From Candidatus Obscuribacteraceae bacterium (GTDB taxonomy: Bacteria; Cyanobacteriota; Vampirovibrionia; Obscuribacterales; Obscuribacteraceae), in the NCBI GenBank assembly GCA_044229845.1, contig JBGASG010000002.1, positions 32,001 through 96,000 on the forward strand: a DNA stretch of 64,000 bases. Direction: 5' to 3'. How positions within the stretch are numbered: position 1 is the stretch's first letter; each line of letters begins with the position of its first letter. Shown here one piece after another: positions 59,923 to 64,000 of the stretch. Below the pieces are notes generated by a model. The model was not told the DNA's origin. It made no database searches and saw only the letters and a list, made by a program, of their open reading frames with translations. The translations under genes were made by a program, and so were the position numbers.

Positions 59923-61647
59923 CTAGCGCACAGGAACCAGCGGCAAGGTGAAGTAGAACTGCGCTCCTTTGCCCGGCTCCGACTCCGCCCAGATTCGGCC
60001 GCCGTGAAACTCCACGATCCGCTTGGCGATAGCCAGTCCCATCCCAGTGCCCGGACTTTCGCGCCGCAACTTGCGGAACATCCTGAACATGTCGTGCATC
60101 TCGACCTGCTCGAAACCGATGCCGTTATCCGAAAAACAGAACTGCCAGAAATCATCTATCTGCGTGGCCGAAACTTCCACCTGCGGAACTGCGGATGTGT
60201 TGAACTGCAGTGCGTTTGAGAGCAGTTGCCTGATCAGGGTCGCCAGTTCGCGGTTGTCGCCATGCACCGCGGGTAGTGCCTGATGAGCGATCACGGCGGA
60301 GCGCGATTTGATCACGTCGTCGAGACCGGCAACCACTTTGCCGAACAACTCCTCCATCTCCAGCGGATGAAATCGAATGTGCGGGCGGTCGATGCGAGCA
60401 TACTCCCAGAGATCGTCGACCATGCGCTCGACGGTGTTCGATGCCGTTTTTGCATCGGAGATAAACTCATCGGCGTCGGCACCGAGTTTACCGCGGTAGC
60501 GCGCCGACAGAAGACCCAACTGAGTTTTGACAATCCGCAGCGGCTCTTGCAGCTCGTGCGATACGGTGTAGGCGAGATCCATGAGTGTTTCGTTGGTCTG
60601 CTTGAGTTTCTTCTCGGCAGCATCGCGCTCTGCCAAAATCTCCTGCTCGTGCAACGAGCGACGATAGCTCTCGAAAATGCCGCTACAAGCGCGCAGCAAC
60701 TGCCGCAACGAAGCGCGCTGCTGCTCCGAATAGCCACCCTCGCGATTGGCAATGCCCATGGCGCCCACGACTTCGTCGCCGCGAAAAATCGGCAATCCCA
60801 GGAAGTTGCGCAGCGGCGGATGACCGAGCGGCCGGCGTCCGCTGCGACGCTGATCATTTTCAGGTTCGTTGGTGATCAGCGCGTCTCCGTTCAAAATCGG
60901 CCAGCCGAACAAATTGTCGAGCTGCGGGAAATCGATGTATCCCTTGGTCTCGTAATCGCCAATCACCTTTTCGTAGAGCTCGCGATTTTCAGTTTGCGAC
61001 CAGTTGAAGCCCTCATCCGCAAAGACTCTCAGCGTCACACCATGCGGACCGCCCGGCACCGTCGCCCCGACGAATCCATACTCCGATCCGGTTTCTTTGA
61101 GGGCGAGCAAAATCAACTGACTGCACGCCTCGCGAATGTTGCGTGTGGCAACGAACGCAGAAAGCACGTCGGCAACAGTCGCCATGCGGTGTTCGCTGAC
61201 TCGCAACTCAGCCGTTTTGGTTTGCACTTCATTGCCGAGCTTGAACGTTTCTACCTTGCGATCGTGTATGTCCGAACAGATGCCGAACCACTTGTAGATT
61301 TGATTTTTACGGTCGCGCAGCGGTGAGCCGCGCCCGATGAACCAGCGATATTCGCCGTCGGCGCGACGCAGACGATATTCCACCTCGTAGGGGTTGCCGG
61401 TAGCAAGCGACTCTTTCCAGCGCCGCACACTCTCGTCAAGGTCGTCAGGATGCACGACATTCTGCCAGTCCCAGCCGTTTGTCGAACCGTGCGGCAGACC
61501 GGTAAATCGATACCAGCGCTCGTTGAAATACTCGGCAAAACCGTCTGCACCGGTCACCCAGACCATGGTGGGCACAGTCTCAGCAAGCAGGCGAAAGTGC
61601 TGTTCGCTGTCGATTTCAACCTGGGTCTCAGAACTGTCGAAAAGCAC
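59923..61647 (-). CDS. PAS-GAF sensor histidine kinase
   Basis: PAS (VHPDD, EYRLRRADGEYRW), GAF (P.GHPPLRNFLGLP), SHELQEP, DNGIG and GTGMGLAI. Confidence 0.93.
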   Translation of the reverse strand: MLFDSSETQVEIDSEQHFRLLAETVPTMVWVTGADGFAEYFNERWYRFTGLPHGSTNGWDWQNVVHPDDLDESVRRWKESLATGNPYEVEYRLRRADGEYRWFIGRGSPLRDRKNQIYKWFGICSDIHDRKVETFKLGNEVQTKTAELRVSEHRMATVADVLSAFVATRNIREACSQLILLALKETGSEYGFVGATVPGGPHGVTLRVFADEGFNWSQTENRELYEKVIGDYETKGYIDFPQLDNLFGWPILNGDALITNEPENDQRRSGRRPLGHPPLRNFLGLPIFRGDEVVGAMGIANREGGYSEQQRASLRQLLRACSGIFESYRRSLHEQEILAERDAAEKKLKQTNETLMDLAYTVSHELQEPLRIVKTQLGLLSARYRGKLGADADEFISDAKTASNTVERMVDDLWEYARIDRPHIRFHPLEMEELFGKVVAGLDDVIKSRSAVIAHQALPAVHGDNRELATLIRQLLSNALQFNTSAVPQVEVSATQIDDFWQFCFSDNGIGFEQVEMHDMFRMFRKLRRESPGTGMGLAIAKRIVEFHGGRIWAESEPGKGAQFYFTLPLVPVR

Positions 61648-61767
61648 GAAACTCCGCCGCTCACTCGCGGTCTGCCGCTGCTGTTTGCAACTTGGATTCT
61701 ACGATGGAATTTTGTGCCATTGCGTCTCAAATATCAACCTCATGTGAGGATTGATATGCAGGCTAAA

Positions 61768-62040
61768 TCATCTGCTCGATGGCTGCGCGGACGGCGACGG
61801 CGCTGACGACTGCGACTGCGACTGCGACTGCGACTTCGATTTCGATTTCGATTTCGATTGCGCCTCACGCTCACGGGTCCAGCGGCTCCAGGCACTGTCT
61901 TCCTTAGCTCTCAGTGCCGCCCGCCGCGCTTCCTGCTCGTGATCGAGCAGCCCGCGCGCATAATGCCCGCCGATTGCCAGCAGCACCATCATCGCCAGAA
62001 TGGTGGCCATAAACGGAAAATGCTGTCTGAGAAACGACAT
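61768..62040 (-). CDS. Small membrane-anchored protein with SK/SQ low-complexity tail
   Basis: N-terminal TM helix; the tail is encoded by hexamer microsatellites at about 61806-61862. Confidence 0.55.
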   Translation of the reverse strand: MSFLRQHFPFMATILAMMVLLAIGGHYARGLLDHEQEARRAALRAKEDSAWSRWTREREAQSKSKSKSKSQSQSQSQSSAPSPSAQPSSR

Positions 62041-62048
62041 AATTGCCT

Positions 62049-62110
62049 GGTGGCGTATTTCGTGGCGTATTTGGTGGCGTATTTGGTGGCGTATCCGGCG
62101 TATCCGGCGG
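62049..62110. repeat. Intergenic tandem GTGGCGTAT-containing 12-mers x4, then 9-mers
   Basis: Read directly. Confidence 0.85.
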
Positions 62111-62130
62111 ACTTTCCGGCGGCTAGTTTC

Positions 62131-62391
62131 TTAGTGGCAGGTGCCGCAAGATTTGGAGACGCAACTCCCGCAACCGCTCTTACTGCCTTCAATACTGCCG
62201 CCGCCGCTCGATTTGCCGGTGCCCTGACCGTAATCAGGAGTGATACCACCGGTGCGGAAAGTGATATTCCAGATGCGGTTGATATTTTCAGTCCCGCAGT
62301 GGATGCAGCTTTGCTTGGTGCTGTCGCTCATCGAGCGCTCGACGCTGAATTCTTCTCTGCAATCGGCGCACCGATAATCATAACTAGGCAT
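62131..62391 (-). CDS. FmdB-family zinc-ribbon protein
   Basis: MPSYDYRC..C...F..C..CG and C-terminal GCGSC...SCGTCH; RBS AGGAG. Confidence 0.92.
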   Translation of the reverse strand: MPSYDYRCADCREEFSVERSMSDSTKQSCIHCGTENINRIWNITFRTGGITPDYGQGTGKSSGGGSIEGSKSGCGSCVSKSCGTCH

Positions 62392-62404
62392 GCGGATCGA
62401 ACTC

Positions 62405-63850
62405 CTAAGGTTTCGTCGCCGGCTCCGCTGTTGAGGTTGGAGCTGGCGTCACCGGCTCTGGTGCCGGCTCGGTTGTCGTGGGTGCCGATGTGGTCGGTGT
62501 ACCTGGGGGTGAACTGCTGCTGTCCGCTGGTGCGGTCGGCGTTGCAGTGGTGGTCGCAGTCCCACCTGGAGGTGTCGAACTCGATGTGCCTGGTGCGTCC
62601 TTGTTCTGTTGCTCCTTGCCCTTTTTCATCTTAAATTCCAGTTCGCCATTCAGCAATGCCCGAACGTCATTAACCATGATCACAGCCATCAAAACGAGCA
62701 GGCTGATAAATCCCCATTTGACGATCTCACCCTGGGCGCGCTCGCCCATCGGGCGTCCGCGCACCGCTTCCACAGCCATGAATGCAAGGTGACCGCCATC
62801 CAATGCCGGCCACGGCACCAGGTTGATAATCGCCAGGTCGAGGCTGATCAGCGCGGTAAACAGGAACAACCCGCGCCAATCGGATGAAAACACGTCCATG
62901 CCGAATTTAACGACGGCCATCACACCGTGCACGTCGCCGATGCCGACAGCCGGCGCGCCCGGCGCCGCGGCTTTGCCGCCCGACATGATGCCCGTGAAAA
63001 CCATGCCGAGGGCACCGATCATTTGACCGGTGAGAAACCACATCTTGTCCCACGCCATGACGGCGACTTCGAAGAAGTTGCCCTGGGGCTTGATGTATTC
63101 CGCTTCGCCGACACCGTCAAGCGCCATGCCGACCTTGCCGGCGGCGTTGGTGGTGACCGGGATGTCTATGCGCTGTTTGTTGCGAATGACATTGAGCACC
63201 ACGCGTTGATTGGCGTGATGACCGAGATAGAGAACAATCTCCTGCGACGACTTCATAGGCACACCGTCGATGGATGGCAGCTCGTCGTTGACCTTCACCC
63301 CGGCTTGCGCCGCAATTTTGTTTTCCGGCGGCAGCGCTTTCACTCCAATCGCCTGATGGTGATCGCCGATGGTGGTGAGCATGGTCAGGATGACGATGTA
63401 GGCGAAAAACACGTTCATGGCGACGCCCGCGACAGCGACCAGCGCACGTTGCCAGATGGGGAATTTCTTGAACGGCTGCAGCGGCACGCCGTAATTTTCT
63501 TCTTTGGCGTTCGACTCATCGCCCAGTTCCGGTATGGCGACGTATCCACCGAGCAGGCAGGCATGAAACCGGAATTCCGTGCCCCACTTGTGACCCATCA
63601 CCCAATATGGACCGAAAGGCAAGCCGAAACCGAACACGGGGGTCTGAAACCCGAACATGCGCGCGACACAGAAGTGACCGCACTCGTGGACGATGATCAG
63701 GGCGCTGAGGACGGCCAGCATCACGAAAATGCCGAGCGTCGATTGTGCCACGACGTTCAGCCCCCATTTGGTGATGCAGTACGCCATGCCGGAAAGCGCC
63801 AAACCGATGAACACTACCAGCATCAGGTAATTGGGTTTCTTATCGCTCAA
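62405..63850 (-). CDS. rseP: RseP-like M50 intramembrane metalloprotease with PDZ domain
   Basis: VHECGH, LGGYV, AGVAMN and NLVPWPALDGG. Confidence 0.92.
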   Translation of the reverse strand: MSDKKPNYLMLVVFIGLALSGMAYCITKWGLNVVAQSTLGIFVMLAVLSALIIVHECGHFCVARMFGFQTPVFGFGLPFGPYWVMGHKWGTEFRFHACLLGGYVAIPELGDESNAKEENYGVPLQPFKKFPIWQRALVAVAGVAMNVFFAYIVILTMLTTIGDHHQAIGVKALPPENKIAAQAGVKVNDELPSIDGVPMKSSQEIVLYLGHHANQRVVLNVIRNKQRIDIPVTTNAAGKVGMALDGVGEAEYIKPQGNFFEVAVMAWDKMWFLTGQMIGALGMVFTGIMSGGKAAAPGAPAVGIGDVHGVMAVVKFGMDVFSSDWRGLFLFTALISLDLAIINLVPWPALDGGHLAFMAVEAVRGRPMGERAQGEIVKWGFISLLVLMAVIMVNDVRALLNGELEFKMKKGKEQQNKDAPGTSSSTPPGGTATTTATPTAPADSSSSPPGTPTTSAPTTTEPAPEPVTPAPTSTAEPATKP

Positions 63851-64000
63851 GTGAACTTCCTGCCTGTAGATCTAGATATCAAGTACACCCTGGTCTGCTT
63901 GTGTCTATTGTGCCAAATTGTGGTCTGGAAAGGGTCTAAGCGTAAAGACACATTCTCTTCCGTAGGACTAAATCTGCTCGGCTTGGTTCCACTGGCGCAC

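Noticed and set aside
61989..62249. ORF with YATKYATKYATK as a RiPP-like precursor
   Set aside because: It overlaps the FmdB gene and the next ORF, arises from a 12-bp DNA tandem repeat, and has no modifying enzymes nearby.

Overview
This is bacterial chromosomal DNA of moderately high GC. It most likely comes from a non-photosynthetic cyanobacterial relative (Melainabacteria/Obscuribacterales-like); this is inferred from gene content and not tested. Housekeeping genes (rmuC, ctpA-like S41, gatA, fabF, acpP, fabG, panB, rseP) are interleaved with signalling genes and many accessory large proteins. The main observations are: (1) three paralogous papain-like Cys-protease proteins with YD/LysM-like N-termini, one of which lacks the catalytic Cys and is fused to a ~160-aa domain that also occurs as two free-standing genes; (2) a ~600-nt highly structured non-coding leader or RNA with repeated CAGGAG- and UGGC-loop hairpins upstream of a toxin-like zincin gene, with a second structured region downstream; (3) a short N-terminal motif shared by five signal-peptide-less, effector-like proteins; (4) several phased operator arrays; (5) five apparent frameshifts in four genes, probably assembly indels. 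No rRNA, tRNA, CRISPR array or transposase was recognised. All calls were made by eye.
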